Source: Octopus bimaculoides (taxonomy: Eukaryota). Taken from it: a DNA stretch of 50,290 nt. The notes under the pieces are model-generated. The model made no database searches. It saw only the letters and a list, made by a program, of their open reading frames with translations, and was not told the origin of the DNA. The translations under genes and the position numbers were made by a program. Shown piece after piece: positions 1-11,872 of this stretch. How positions within the stretch are numbered: the stretch's first letter is position 1; each line of letters begins with the position of its first letter. Location: the NCBI RefSeq assembly GCF_001194135.2, contig NC_068990.1:14244761-14295050 (forward strand), written 5' to 3'.

Positions 1-47
<47 letters not shown>

Positions 48-466
48 CACATATATATATATATATATTTATACATACATACTCGCACGCATACACATAT
101 ATAGATAGATATGTACTTATATATACAAATAATATACATATACACTCATACACTCATATATTCGCTCGTTTGTGCTCAAAACTTCTTCCTATCTGGCAAT
201 GAGCTACCTGCATGAAGCTTAACAAGCTTAATGCCTAAAAAGAGTACACGATATTGATATGGACGGTCAGGACTAGCGACAGAATGAAGGAGTGAATAAA
301 CACATAATTAAGCTCTTTTGTATCAGTGGGTGACTCGTCCTATCACTCCCTCTCCCCTCTCTGTTTGTATATATATCCCTCTTTTCTCTCTCACTTTCCT
401 TCTATATCTAAGTCCCTGGCTTGTATACTTAAGTATACTCCACACACACACACACATATATATATA

Positions 467-594
467 CAGGGTGTCCACGAAGTCTGGGGTACATGAGGAT
501 TAACACATACTTTAAGAAATTATGATTTCTTATATTTAATTGTTTATGTTATGATTTTATTTACTCCATGAACCCAGACCTTGTGGATACCCTG
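467..594. mobile_element. Tc1/mariner-type MITE (128 bp) with ~28-bp TIRs and TA flanks
   Basis: The left end TA|CAGGGTGTCCACGAAGTCTGGGGTACATG matches the reverse complement of the right end CATGAACCCAGACCTTGTGGATACCCTG|TA. CAGGGTG termini with a TA target are typical of Tc1/mariner. Confidence 0.8.
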
Positions 595-1273
595 TATATA
601 TCTTCTCTGCCTCCTGCTGACACGCGACCCCTGGCCAACTTTCTTTCATTCTCTCTATCTGCCCAGCGGTTCGGTTACAAAAAAAAAACTTTCCCTGTCT
701 TGCTATTTACTGTTGTTTACATCCTTCAGGATTTTCTCTAAACGTTACCAACCATTCTTGTCTTTTTGCCGCAAGACCGCATTTTGTTCGTTTCGTCTTT
801 CTCCATCGTCTCAAATTACATTTTGTTTTGCNNNNNNNNNNNNNNNNNNNNNNNNNNNNNNNNNNNNNNNNNNNNNNNNNNNNNNNNNNNNNNNNNNNNN
901 NNNNNNNNNNNNNNNNNNNNNNNNNNNNNNNNNNNNNNNNNNNNNNNNNNNNNNNNNNNNNNNNNNNNNNNNNNNNNNNNNNNNNNNNNNNNNNNNNNNN
1001 NNNNNNNNNNNNNNNNNNNNNNNNNNNNNNNNNNNNNNNNNNNNNNNNNNNNNNNNNNNNNNNNNNNNNNNNNNNNNNNNNNNNNNNNNNNNNNNNNNNN
1101 NNNNNNNNNNNNNNNNNNNNNNNNNNNNNNNNNNNNNNNNNNNNNNNNNNNNNNNNNNNNNNNNNNNNNNNNNNNNNNNNNNNNNNNNNNNNNTATATAT
1201 ATATATATATATATAGCTCACACGAAACTCTCGGCTCTTGAGTCACTCTGTTACTTCTGCTAAATATTATATG

Positions 1274-1304
<31 letters not shown>

Positions 1305-2852
1305 GTATGTGTGTATGTATATGTGTGTATGTATGTGTGTATGTGTGTATGTATACGAGTAAAAGAGCATATACAAATGAACATATAAGCAAACTGATAC
1401 TCGATAAGCACACAGACGAACGCACAGATGCAACTGTGTGCGTTTGTATATGGTTGCGCATTTCCTAGCATATTTCCTCCACCGATGTGCACTTTTTGCT
1501 CTAATGGTCACGGTCAAATGCCTATTTGTCAATTCAGTCACTCTTTTATCGCTGTGTTTTGCTAATCATATTAATGTGTCGTCTGTTCATTCTATTGCTG
1601 TCTGAGAACAAGTTTATACGGGATTAAAACTTCTGAAAAGCAGGGCACTGGATCGACAGAAGTAAACAATTTACATATATATGTATATACAACCTTCTTT
1701 TTCTGATGTGGCAAATTGTGATTTCAGAAAGATTTGTCTGTCATTTGTATCTTGTCGACTGACCACCATGTGGTTCTTTCGTTAGTATATGTAGTTTTTA
1801 GTGGATGTGTTACTGAATCAGTTAGTTCTGCAGAACATTTTCTCAAACATTAGACGAAAATGTTCCTGAATGAAAGGACTGTGTATTAAGTAGGACTGGA
1901 AGGTGAGCAGCTGTGCTTTTATGTACACATCTAAAACCTATATTTACGTGATGGATATTTTGTTCCAGATGTATGAAATTTATTCTAATGTTGGGCGTAT
2001 TTGAATTTTGAATAAAACTAGCAGCTGTTCAGAGTGGAATTATTTCCTGATTATGAAACTCTGACTCCATGATGTAAATCTGGCTATGTGTGAATAACGT
2101 GTGATCAACTGAAGTAGGTATCAGAAATTATAAAACTTAGTTGTTACTGCTTAACTCTTTGTCGCCCCAAATTTTGCAGGCATATGTCCGGTTTCAGCCA
2201 TTACAACCCTGCTTTTGTTCTAGATATAGAATGTTGTATACAAGACTATATTATCCAATGTATTTCTACTGTTTATTTGTTTGCCTGAATATAACAGAGC
2301 GTATGTGATCTGAGAGATTTGGCTGCTATTTATAGGAAATCGAGTGACATCGTTGGCGCGCATAAAACCTAATATTCGGATTGGGTGTGATCGTTTTGTC
2401 TGTGTTGTGTTTATGAGTAGAGGTGAAGCAAGAAATAAAATATATTTTCTTGAGAATCTGATGTTTTGGTATGTTGGGTGAAACAAGGTTGTCGAATTCC
2501 CAACACAGGTTGGTTTAGAGGTCACTGTTTATGGAAGATAAGAATGCCAGATTGAAAATGCTGAATTTGCGTGAAGATAAAGACCTTGTGCACATGGTGA
2601 AAGAGAAGTATTGTTGATTAGTGGCTTTATGTTAAAAATCCTGGCAGAACAAACGGACCCAATGTACTAAGAATTAAGGGAAAACTAACTAATATCTAAA
2701 ACACAGTCGAAGCAAAGGGATCATATCCAATACAGGCAGTGGTCCAGGAAATAGGCGAACAGCAGTTTCTGTTTCTTTTTTTTTTTCCATTTTTAAGATG
2801 TAGATACCATTAAAGATCAAATGCTTTATCGAGAGCCACGCCTTTGCTTTAA

Positions 2853-3000
2853 TTGGTGGTGGTGGTGGTGGTGGTGGTGCAGGTGGTACAGGTGGTGCAG
2901 GTGGTGCAGGTGGTGGTGGTGGAGGAGGAGGAGGAGGAGGAGGAGGAGGATATTGAAAGTAATGATGATGACTATGATGATATTAATGATGATGATGAGA

Positions 3001-3034
<34 letters not shown>

Positions 3035-3115
3035 CGACGACGATGGCGTCGACGACGGTGACAACGACGACAACAAATATGATGATGCTGATGATGACGA
3101 CAACAATGATGATAA
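2853..3115. repeat. Compound trinucleotide tract (GGT)n-(GGA)n-(GAT)n-(GAC/AAC)n
   Basis: Read directly. It explains the poly-V/E/D, poly-W/R/M and poly-I/L/H ORFs in the track. Confidence 0.95.
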
Positions 3116-3441
3116 ATATCACAGAATTTTGATAGAAGCCAATATTTTAGACCGCCGGCTATATTTACTGAGTACTCTTTAAATCATTGAGGATGAGATG
3201 ATGAATGATGGATTGATAGTTTGTAGGAACTAAAACACTTGTTTAGGGTTTGGATGGGAAAGCGTACACTCTAGAATGCTTGCTATAGCAGTTCTCTGCC
3301 TTTTTATCAAATAAAAAGTTACTAGTCACATGTCACAAGCAAATTTCGTTAAAAGAATCTTTTAAAGTTAACCATATAGAAAAAATATATATATACAGAA
3401 ATATTTTCTTAACCTTCTATTATTAATTATATTTGTAAGGT

Positions 3442-3636
3442 AAGACTGCGAGCTGACCGAATCATTAGCACGCTCGACAAAATGCTTAGTGATATTTCGC
3501 CCGTCGCTACGTTTTGAGTTTAAATTGCGCTGAGGTCGACTTTGCCTTTCATCCTTTTGGGGTAGTAAAAATAAAGCGCCAATCAAGTATAGGGATCGAT
3601 GTAATCAACTAACACTTTCACCCCGAATTTCAGGGG
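3442..3636 (+). mobile_element. SINE family B copy, diverged (tRNA-like head plus GCCTTTCATCC body)
   Basis: Aligns by eye with the copies at 4511-4742 and 35402-35630. It has a B-box-like GAGTTTAAATTGC and the body GTCGACTTTGCCTTTCATCC. Confidence 0.85.
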
Positions 3637-3645
3637 TATACCTAT

Positions 3646-4018
3646 CTTTTACTTGTTTCAATTATTAGAATGCAGTCATGCTAGGGCACTGTTTTGACGT
3701 ATTTAGCTCGAACAAAACGACCCTATTCCTCTTTTTTTTTAAGCTTTGTACTTATCCTATCAACAATTTTTGCTAAATCGCTAAGTTACGGGGACGTAAA
3801 CAAACCAACGCCGGTTGTCAAACGGTGCTGGGGACAAACACATACACACATGCACACACATACAACGAGTTTCTTTCAGTTTCTGTCAACCAAATCCACT
3901 CACAAGGTTTTGGTCAGCCTGAAGCTATACTAGAAGACACTTGTCCAAGGTGCCACACAGTAGAACTGAACCCGGAACCATGTGCTTGGGAAGCAAACTT
4001 CTTACCGCACAACCATGT
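3646..4018 (-). mobile_element. SINE family A copy (CORE-like tRNA SINE with internal microsatellite)
   Basis: Reverse complement of the 8006-8413 copy, including GAAGACACTTGTCCAAGGTGCCACACAG (CORE-like) and an internal (CA)n. Confidence 0.85.
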
Positions 4019-4510
4019 CAGCTGTGGAAATGATTATTAATTATATTTATCGATCAGAATATTATGAATAACATGTCGTTCAGTATTTTCCAGCATTCGT
4101 ATGAATTTTCTAAAGCCTCTGGTTTAAGATTTTAAGATTCCCCAACGTACCTAAATATCCCTTGGGGCACAGCAATGCACCCCAGTGCCAACCACAGGTT
4201 TACTATCTCTAGATGAACAGCCCTAATTTAAAGAATTCGGTAATGATATAAAACAGCAAAGACTGCTTGGAGATAATGATCAGTATGCTAACACAGCCTA
4301 TGTTTCCTGAATTTTAACTGACAAAGCAGTTCTTATATGTGAAGGTTGCAAATACAGGAAAGAGATGAAGAATGTGGGCCAGATTTCAGTTTCTTACGAA
4401 TTTTTTCTCTCACATCATTTACCACCAGCTACCTGAATTATGCGTGTACACACGTGTGAGTGCATTCGTGTGTGTATATGTGCTTGTGAGTGTTCGCATA
4501 TATACGTGAT

Positions 4511-4742
4511 ATTTCTTTACTACCCACAAGGGGCTACACACAGAGGGGACAAACAAGGACAGACAAAGGGATTAAGTCGATTACATCGACCCCCAGTGCG
4601 TAACTGGTACTTAATTTGTCGACCCCGAATGGATGAAAGGCAAAGTCGACCTCGGCGGAATTTGAACTCAGAACGTAACGGCAGACGAAATACCGCTAAG
4701 CATTTCGCCCGGCGTGCAAACGATTCTGCTAGCTCGCTGCCT
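4511..4742 (-). mobile_element. SINE family B, near full length, tail type i
   Basis: Head AGGCAGCGAGCTAGCAGAATCG, B box GAGTTCAAATTCC, body GCCTTTCATCC..GTCGAC..AAGTACCAG, tail TGTCTGTCCTTGTTTGTCCCCTC. Confidence 0.9.
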
Positions 4743-4907
4743 ATTGCATATATACGTGCGTGAGCGTGTATGTGTGCATGAGCGAGAGTTTGTATGTGTT
4801 TACGAGCGTGTGTTTCAATGTATTTGTGAGTGAATATGTGCGTGAGAATGTGCGAGTGTGTATCCGTGTTTGTGTTCGCGTGCTTGTAAATGGTTTCATG
4901 TCTGTGC

Positions 4908-4911
<4 letters not shown>

Positions 4912-4980
<69 letters not shown>
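4912..4980. repeat. (GT)n microsatellite
   Basis: Read directly; imperfect GT/GC-rich repeats flank it. Confidence 0.97.
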
Positions 4981-4982
<2 letters not shown>

Positions 4983-5332
4983 TGTATACGCATGCGTGTG
5001 CACGTACGCGTTAAAGAGCTAGCTTTTCTTTTCACTTAAACCAGTTATGTTCTGCAGAAACCATCAACGCAACTACTTTTTCTTCCACCTTTTAACACGC
5101 AGAACCTTTAAGAATTGTCGATGTATTTTCTCATATAACAAAACATATTTTAACTACCGAGTCAGTGAGTGGATCTCTACGTGATCGCCGCTCGACTTGC
5201 TACAAATAACAGTCAAATCTCTTCTAAATTACACTAACATCCTAAATAAAAGACACATGAAATGTAACCACATATACAAAAAAGAAGGAAATGTTACGGT
5301 TGGAATGACTTTGATTATTTAGTTCTATATTT

Positions 5333-5700
5333 AAGAGATGAGGAATTATGTACATTATTTACATTATTTACGTTTGACGGATATTTCTCCTCATCTTGTT
5401 TGTTATTAACTCAACGTTTCGGCTCATATATACATACATATATATATGTATGTATGTATGTATGTATATACTTGGAAATGGATGCGTCGCGTTCAATTAA
5501 ATAATAATAATAATAATAATATATATATGTATATGCATATATATATATATGCATATATGGGTACAGGACGTCACCAATGGTGCAAATAACATGAAATACG
5601 TAAACAAATGAGTTAAATACGTAAACAACGAGAAAAAATGGAAAACAAGACGAGTAAACACAAGGAAAGACCCTTCATCAGTTGTCATATATATAACTGT
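5333..5700. mobile_element. Unclassified repeat fragments, possibly Penelope-like element ends
   Basis: Motifs ACGTTTCGGC (about 5415) and CCCTTCATCAG (about 5671) resemble Penelope-like terminal sequences. No coding evidence. Confidence 0.35.
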
Positions 5701-6042
5701 ATGTAAACCTACCTTGTAGACATAAACATGGTAAATTTCTCCGTAAATTAAAAACAAACTGACGAACAACCTAAATCGATTCTCAGACCTTACTTTGTTC
5801 TCATCGGAGACGTTTACATCACTTGACCAATCCCAGAGAAATACGTAGTCATTCTGTTTATATACACCACAAATCCAGTAGCTTAGAGAACTGAAGCTAC
5901 TAAATTGCATTGTGTAGGTATTTAGCGATTCATTTAATATCAGCGATCTGTCAACGGAGATCTTGTCTCACCCACAGATAGTATATACGTAAACCAAGGG
6001 AGTAGACAAACAAATATATAACAAATATGCATGTGTACATGC

Positions 6043-6291
6043 GTGTTTCTTTGAGTCTGTGATTGTCCACCTCTTCAACACCGCTTGATGAACGGGGCTG
6101 GTTTGTTTGCGCCTCGCTAGCTTAGCAGATTGGCAAAAGTGACCACATTTAAAAACAAAAATTAAGAAAAAAAAAAAAGCATAGGTATAAGAGTCCATCT
6201 GTTCGACTGAAACCCTTCAAGTTGGTACCCCTGCATGGCCGCTGTCCAATGATTGAAACGAGTAAAAGAGAAATAAAAGAGAAAACTGCGA
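6043..6291 (+). mobile_element. SINE family A, 3' half, diverged
   Basis: GCATGGCCGCTGTCCAATGATTGAAACGAGTAAAAGAG matches the family A terminus. Confidence 0.8.
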
Positions 6292-8005
6292 CACGAAACG
6301 AAAATAAAAACCGAATATAAAAATACCATTAAATAAGTTGGCGTTGTCAATAGTCATCGTTTTTAAGTGTCACTGAAGAATACCGTGTATTTCCCATTGA
6401 AATCGAGTGACGTAATTTGTTTAATAGTAATTGTTAAATTTAGAAAAAAAGCATAATAGATTTTCGTCCGTTTTACGTGACAGGAAAACAATTTTCAAAA
6501 TATCCAGAAAAAAATACATTGTTTTATTTTCGCAATGTAAAAAATTGTTTTAAATTCTCTCGTGAAAGAGTTGACAATAACGCAGTGTGTGTCAATCGCT
6601 CTAAATTCAATGGAGGCTTCTGATTAACGGGCCGCCATTCCTGGGTATTGTTATTTGAATGTGCGATAATGGTTTCTTGCATAGGCAGACGACCACAGTT
6701 TTGAGGTAGAGTTACATAATTGATTATACCCACTGCATTAATTGGCTGTTAACTTATTTTATAGACGCTAGAAGTTAAAAGAAGCAATGTTAACCTAAGC
6801 GATGTTTGAACTCAGAATGACGTTTCACTTTATCTGGGACCTCAAGCGAAATAATCAGAAAGAAACGAACTGGAGTTATTTAAAATGTTTTGCTTTACGT
6901 TTGTTCTCAGTGAAAATATCAATAAAAACACTTGTTTATACGTTTTGTATAGCTTCATAAAAGTTTTATGAATCCATACTCTTTTCCCAACAACTGTCAC
7001 AAATTATTTTTATATGTGTACTTTATTCTCTTCTTATAAAATAATTTAGTAGAGAGAAGGTCCCTTAAATAGAAAAAAAAAAAAGCACTATGTTCCCGTA
7101 TAAATTTGTGAAAAATTTACTTCACATATTTGCGTGACAGAGACTATGCAAAGTATAAGAGTGGTTGTGTTGAATATGCAAAGTTAAAGAGATCAATAAA
7201 CATGAATTTATGGTCATATCAGAATTTTAGAGGGTCATATAATTTTTTTGTTGTTTTAAAGAAATATCCAACACAAAACAATTAACTATTTGAGAAAATG
7301 TTTCAAATTATTCCAGTTGGTCTATAAACATAAATATTTGTTAAAATGTATTCTTGCTGTTTAAGAGAGGGATAAGAAAACACCACTGCTGAGTTGACAT
7401 TTAGAAATTATGACAACCATGCTAGAAAAAAAAATAAAATAGCTTTCATGAAAATACCGCTTAGAACAACCACAACGCGTTTTGTTTTTCTAGAATGCCC
7501 AGTAAAGTTGTAAAAACACAACATGGATTTTTTACCAAAATGTCTCGATGATAAATGTAAAAGATAAACTTATATAAAAAGAGTATCATGCATTAGCATT
7601 TACCTAATTGGCATCGGGTCACTGGTGTTTAGTATTTCAGACACTGGTGTATAATTTGAGAGAATAAGTTTCATCCTTAGTTAGGAAATACCTAGGATAG
7701 TTAGACTTAGTATGATACAGCTAAGATTCTATTTCATGGAAAAATTCAACCATCTCAAGATAGTTTCCAATTCGTGGATCGATAAGTGAACGTCAAATTA
7801 AGACGATAACAACAGTATTAGCTACACTGGTTGCAAAATAAACTTAATAATAAGTGAATGAATAAAAGACTACATATACAGAAACCATTGTAATTTTTAT
7901 GTAATATTTTGTCGTTCTACTGACCTACATAAGATCAACATCTATGATAAACAGAGTAAGACACTCCAAAAGTTATCTCTGGCCTCGCTTCAGAATGTAG
8001 ATATA

Positions 8006-8413
8006 GGCGCAGGCGTGGCTGTGTGGTAAGAATCTTGCTTCCCAACCTCATGATTCTTGGTTCAGTCCCACTGTGTGACACCTTGGGCAAGTGTCTTCTA
8101 TTATAGCCTCGGACCGACCAAAGCCTTGTGAGTAGATTTGGTAGATGGAAACTGAAAGAAGCCCATCGTATATGCATGTAAATAGATGGATGGATGGATG
8201 TATACATTTGTGTCTGTGTTTGTCCGCCCACCATCGCTTGACAACCGATATTGTTGTATTTACGCTCGCGTAATTTAACGGTTCCCCAAAGCGACCGATA
8301 GAATAAGTACTAGGCTTGCAAAGAATAAGTCGTGGGGTCGATTTGTTCAACTAAAGGCGGTGCTCCAGCATGGCCGCAGCCAATTGACTGAAACAAGCAA
8401 AAGAATAAAAAGA
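8006..8413 (+). mobile_element. SINE family A, full length
   Basis: A-box-like TGGCTGTGTGG, B-box-like GGTTCAGTCCC, CORE-like TGTGACACCTTGGGCAAGTGTCTT, an internal (GATG)n/TA repeat, and the tail GCATGGCCGCAGCCAATTGACTGAAACAAG-AAAAGAATAAAA. Confidence 0.92.
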
Positions 8414-8501
8414 TATAAGAATTCAAAACAGAGAAATGATACACATTGTCCTTTCCAAACTGTTCATGTATGGCATGTAAGCCACCCATTAGTCGTTCAT
8501 G

Positions 8502-8891
8502 TTACTCTTTTACTCTTTTACTTGTTTCAGTCTNNNNNNNNNNNNNNNNNNNNNNNNNNNNNNNNNNNNNNNNNNNNNNNNNNNNNNNNNNNNNNNNNNN
8601 NNNNNNNNNNNNNNNNNNNNNNNNNNNNNNNNNNNNNNNNNNNNNNNNNNNNNNNNNNNNNNNNNNNNNNNNNNNNNNNNNNNNNNNNNNNNNNNNNNNN
8701 NNNNNNNNNNNNNNNNNNNNNNNNNNNNNNNNNNNNNNNNNNNNNNNNNNNNNNNNNNNNNNNNNNNNNNNNNNNNNNNNNNNNNNNNNNNNNNNNNNNN
8801 NNNNNNNNNNNNNNNNNNNNNNNNNNNNNNNNNNNNNNNNNNNNNNNNNNNNNNNNNNNNNNNNNNNNNNNNNNNNNNNNNNNNNNNNNNN

Positions 8892-8924
<33 letters not shown>

Positions 8925-9080
8925 TACGACGGGCTTCTTTCAGTTTCCGTCTACCAAATCCAGTCACAAGGCTTTGGTCGGCCCGAGGCTATAGTAGAAG
9001 ACACTTGCCCAAGATGCCGCGCAGTGGGACTGAACCCGGGACCATGTGGTTGGTAAGCTAGCTACTTACCACACAGCCAC
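8502..9080 (-). mobile_element. SINE family A, interrupted by an assembly gap at its internal (TA)n
   Basis: The tail (TTACTCTTTTACTTGTTTCAGTC) lies left of the gap, and the head and CORE lie right of it. Confidence 0.9.
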
Positions 9081-9281
9081 CAGTTTGATTTTTTAAAGCT
9101 ATTATAATTGAATTTTTTTATCGCTTCTCAGCTTTCTTCTTTCTAATAGTCCTGAACAAGATAAAATAAAAATCTTTTTATATCAGAGAAATGTGATAAA
9201 ATCTAATTTTTTAACAGAATTCTGTGAAAAACTCTCATTAACATCAACAGCAGTAGTAGCAACAGCAACAACAACAACATC

Positions 9282-9689
9282 AATAATAATCCTTTCTACC
9301 AAAGGCAGAAGTCTTAAAATTTTCGTGGGATGGGGACGAGTCTATTACACTGACCCCAGTGTTCCTCTGGTACTTAATTTATCGACCACGAAATGATGAA
9401 AGACAAAGTTGACTACGGCAGAAATGGAACTCAGAACGTAGCGACGGACGTACCACCGCTAAGCATTTTGTCCGGCGTGCTAACAATTCTACCAGCTGCA
9501 TGAAATTTTGTGGGAGAGAGCCTGTCGATTAGATCGATCTCAATATGCAACTGGTACTTAATTTATCGACCCCGAAATGATGAAAGGCAAAGGCGACCTC
9601 GGCGTAATTTGAACTCAGAACGTAGCGACAGGCGAAGTACTGCTATGTATTTCGTCCAGCGTGCTAACGATTCTGCCAGGTCGCCACCC

Positions 9690-9690
<1 letters not shown>
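9282..9690 (-). mobile_element. Two head-to-tail SINE family B copies (9282-9497 and 9501-9690)
   Basis: The GGTACTTAATTTATCGACC..GATGAAAG..GAACTCAGAACGTAG block occurs twice. Confidence 0.9.
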
Positions 9691-9728
<38 letters not shown>

Positions 9729-10716
9729 NNNNNNNNNNNNNNNNNNNNNNNNNNNNNNNNNNNNNNNNNNNNNNNNNNNNNNNNNNNNNNNNNNNNNNNN
9801 NNNNNNNNNNNNNNNNNNNNNNNNNNNNNNNNNNNNNNNNNNNNNNNNNNNNNNNNNNNNNNNNNNNNNNNNNNNNNNNNNNNNNNNNNNNNNNNNNNNN
9901 NNNNNNNNNNNNNNNNNNNNNNNNNNNNNNNNNNNNNNNNNNNNNNNNNNNNNNNNNNNNNNNNNNNNNNNNNNNNNNNNNNNNNNNNNNNNNNNNNNNN
10001 NNNNNNNNNNNNNNNNNNNNNNNNNNNNNNNNNNNNNNNNNNNNNNNNNNNNNNNNNNNNNNNNNNNNNNNNNNNNNNNNNNNNNNNNNNNNNNNNNNNN
10101 NNNNNNNNNNNNNNNNNNNNNNNNNNNNNNNNNNNNNNNNNNNNNNNNNNNNNNNNNNNNNNNNNNNNNNNNNNNNNNNNNNNNNNNNNNNNNNNNNNNN
10201 NNNNNNNNNNNNNNNNNNNNNNNNNNNNNNNNNNNNNNNNNNNNNNNNNNNNNNNNNNNNNNNNNNNNNNNNNNNNNNNNNNNNNNNNNNNNNNNNNNNN
10301 NNNNNNNNNNNNNNNNNNNNNNNNNNNNNNNNNNNNNNNNNNNNNNNNNNNNNNNNNNNNNNNNNNNNNNNNNNNNNNNNNNNNNNNNNNNNNNNNNNNN
10401 NNNNNNNNNNNNNNNNNNNNNNNNNNNNNNNNNNNNNNNNNNNNNNNNNNNNNNNNNNNNNNNNNNNNNNNNNNNNNNNNNNNNNNNNNNNNNNNNNNNN
10501 NNNNNNNNNNNNNNNNNNNNNNNNNNNNNNNNNNNNNNNNNNNNNNNNNNNNNNNNNNNNNNNNNNNNNNNNNNNNNNNNNNNNNNNNNNNNNNNNNNNN
10601 NNNNNNNNNNNNNNNNNNNNNNNNNNNNNNNNNNNNNNNNNNNNNNNNNNNNNNNNNNNNNNNNNNNNNNNNNNNNNNNNNNNNNNNNNNNNNNNNNNNN
10701 NNNNNNNNNNNNNNNN

Positions 10717-10748
<32 letters not shown>

Positions 10749-11312
10749 GCATACATACATACACTCACATATATACATATATATGTGTGTGTGTGTATGC
10801 ATGTATATATATATGTGTGTGTGTATTGTGTGTCTCTGTGTGTGTCTGTGTTTGCGTATGCATATGAGTAGGAACGTATAAACTGAGTGTGCTTACATCG
10901 ACGTAATCGGATCATTTTATTGCGATATATATCAACAGTGAAGACTGCGTTTGTTCCTTAACGAATTAAGATTTATTGCGTACAATAACATAAGTATAGG
11001 ATGGAATGACAATTGTAATAACGCGTTGTTTGCAGTTAGGATATGCACAAGTGCACATGAAATTCATAATTCTTTTTTATAGAACTACACGTGGCCTTTA
11101 AAATCTTTGTTACTCTTATCTATTTACTTAACTTTTATTGCCTGTGTTTGCGTTTATAAGCAAACCTACACTTAGAAAACATACAAACTGATACATACTT
11201 TAGCATATACGCATGTTTTTAAATATTTGCATCTATATATACATGTTTGCATGTCTATGTATACAGATATATACGCATATATATGTTTGTATGTTTGTCT
11301 ATATATATATAC

Positions 11313-11544
11313 AATCACAGCTGGAGTGCCCACATCAACAATAAGGTCGGTATACATCGAAAGATGAGCTCCTGGAACCTAAGAACCTTCCGGTCCAGAG
11401 AACAAGGTGTTATTTCTCTTTTCTCATCCTATGTATGGCCACACCTCGAATACTACTGCCCCCTGTGGTCTCCCCATACAAAAACAAAACATCTCCAAAA
11501 CTGAATCACCCCAAAAGTCATTCATTAAAATAATTAAGGGCATG
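11313..11544 (+). mobile_element. Decayed LINE RT C-terminal fragment, CR1/L2/Daphne group
   Basis: Translates as SWSAHINNK..MSSWNLRTFRSR..SYVWPHLEYYCPLWSPH, then after a frameshift KQNISKTESPQKSFIKIIKGM. This fits the CR1-group pattern W..HI....A....ILRTF..R......LVRPHLEY...WSP...I..LE..QR.F.K.I.GM. Confidence 0.85.
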
Positions 11545-11872
11545 ATTGAATTTTTCGTCCATACCAGTGAATGTTTTGTTTACTGTTCTCTATATGTGAA
11601 CGACTATTTTTCAGCCTTGTTAGGACTGTTCGGAGGGATTTCTCAGTGACAAGGCAAAATAAGGTCGAAACAATAGATTTTTACTTCCCTCTAACAATAT
11701 TCTATGCGAGTTTCTGTATACAACTTCTCTGAGACACATACCACAGCTACAGCCCTTCCATTTTTGTATGCACCTTATAACTGTTATGCATATGAAATCA
11801 TATACATATATATAGTTATCTGTAACTTATCGCAATAAAGTGTTCTCTCATGACCTGAGAATCAGGTCATCA

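Noticed and set aside
2821-3182. Acidic poly-E/D ORF and the overlapping poly-W/R/M frame as a real gene
   Set aside because: Fully explained by trinucleotide repeats, with no splice context or complex domain.
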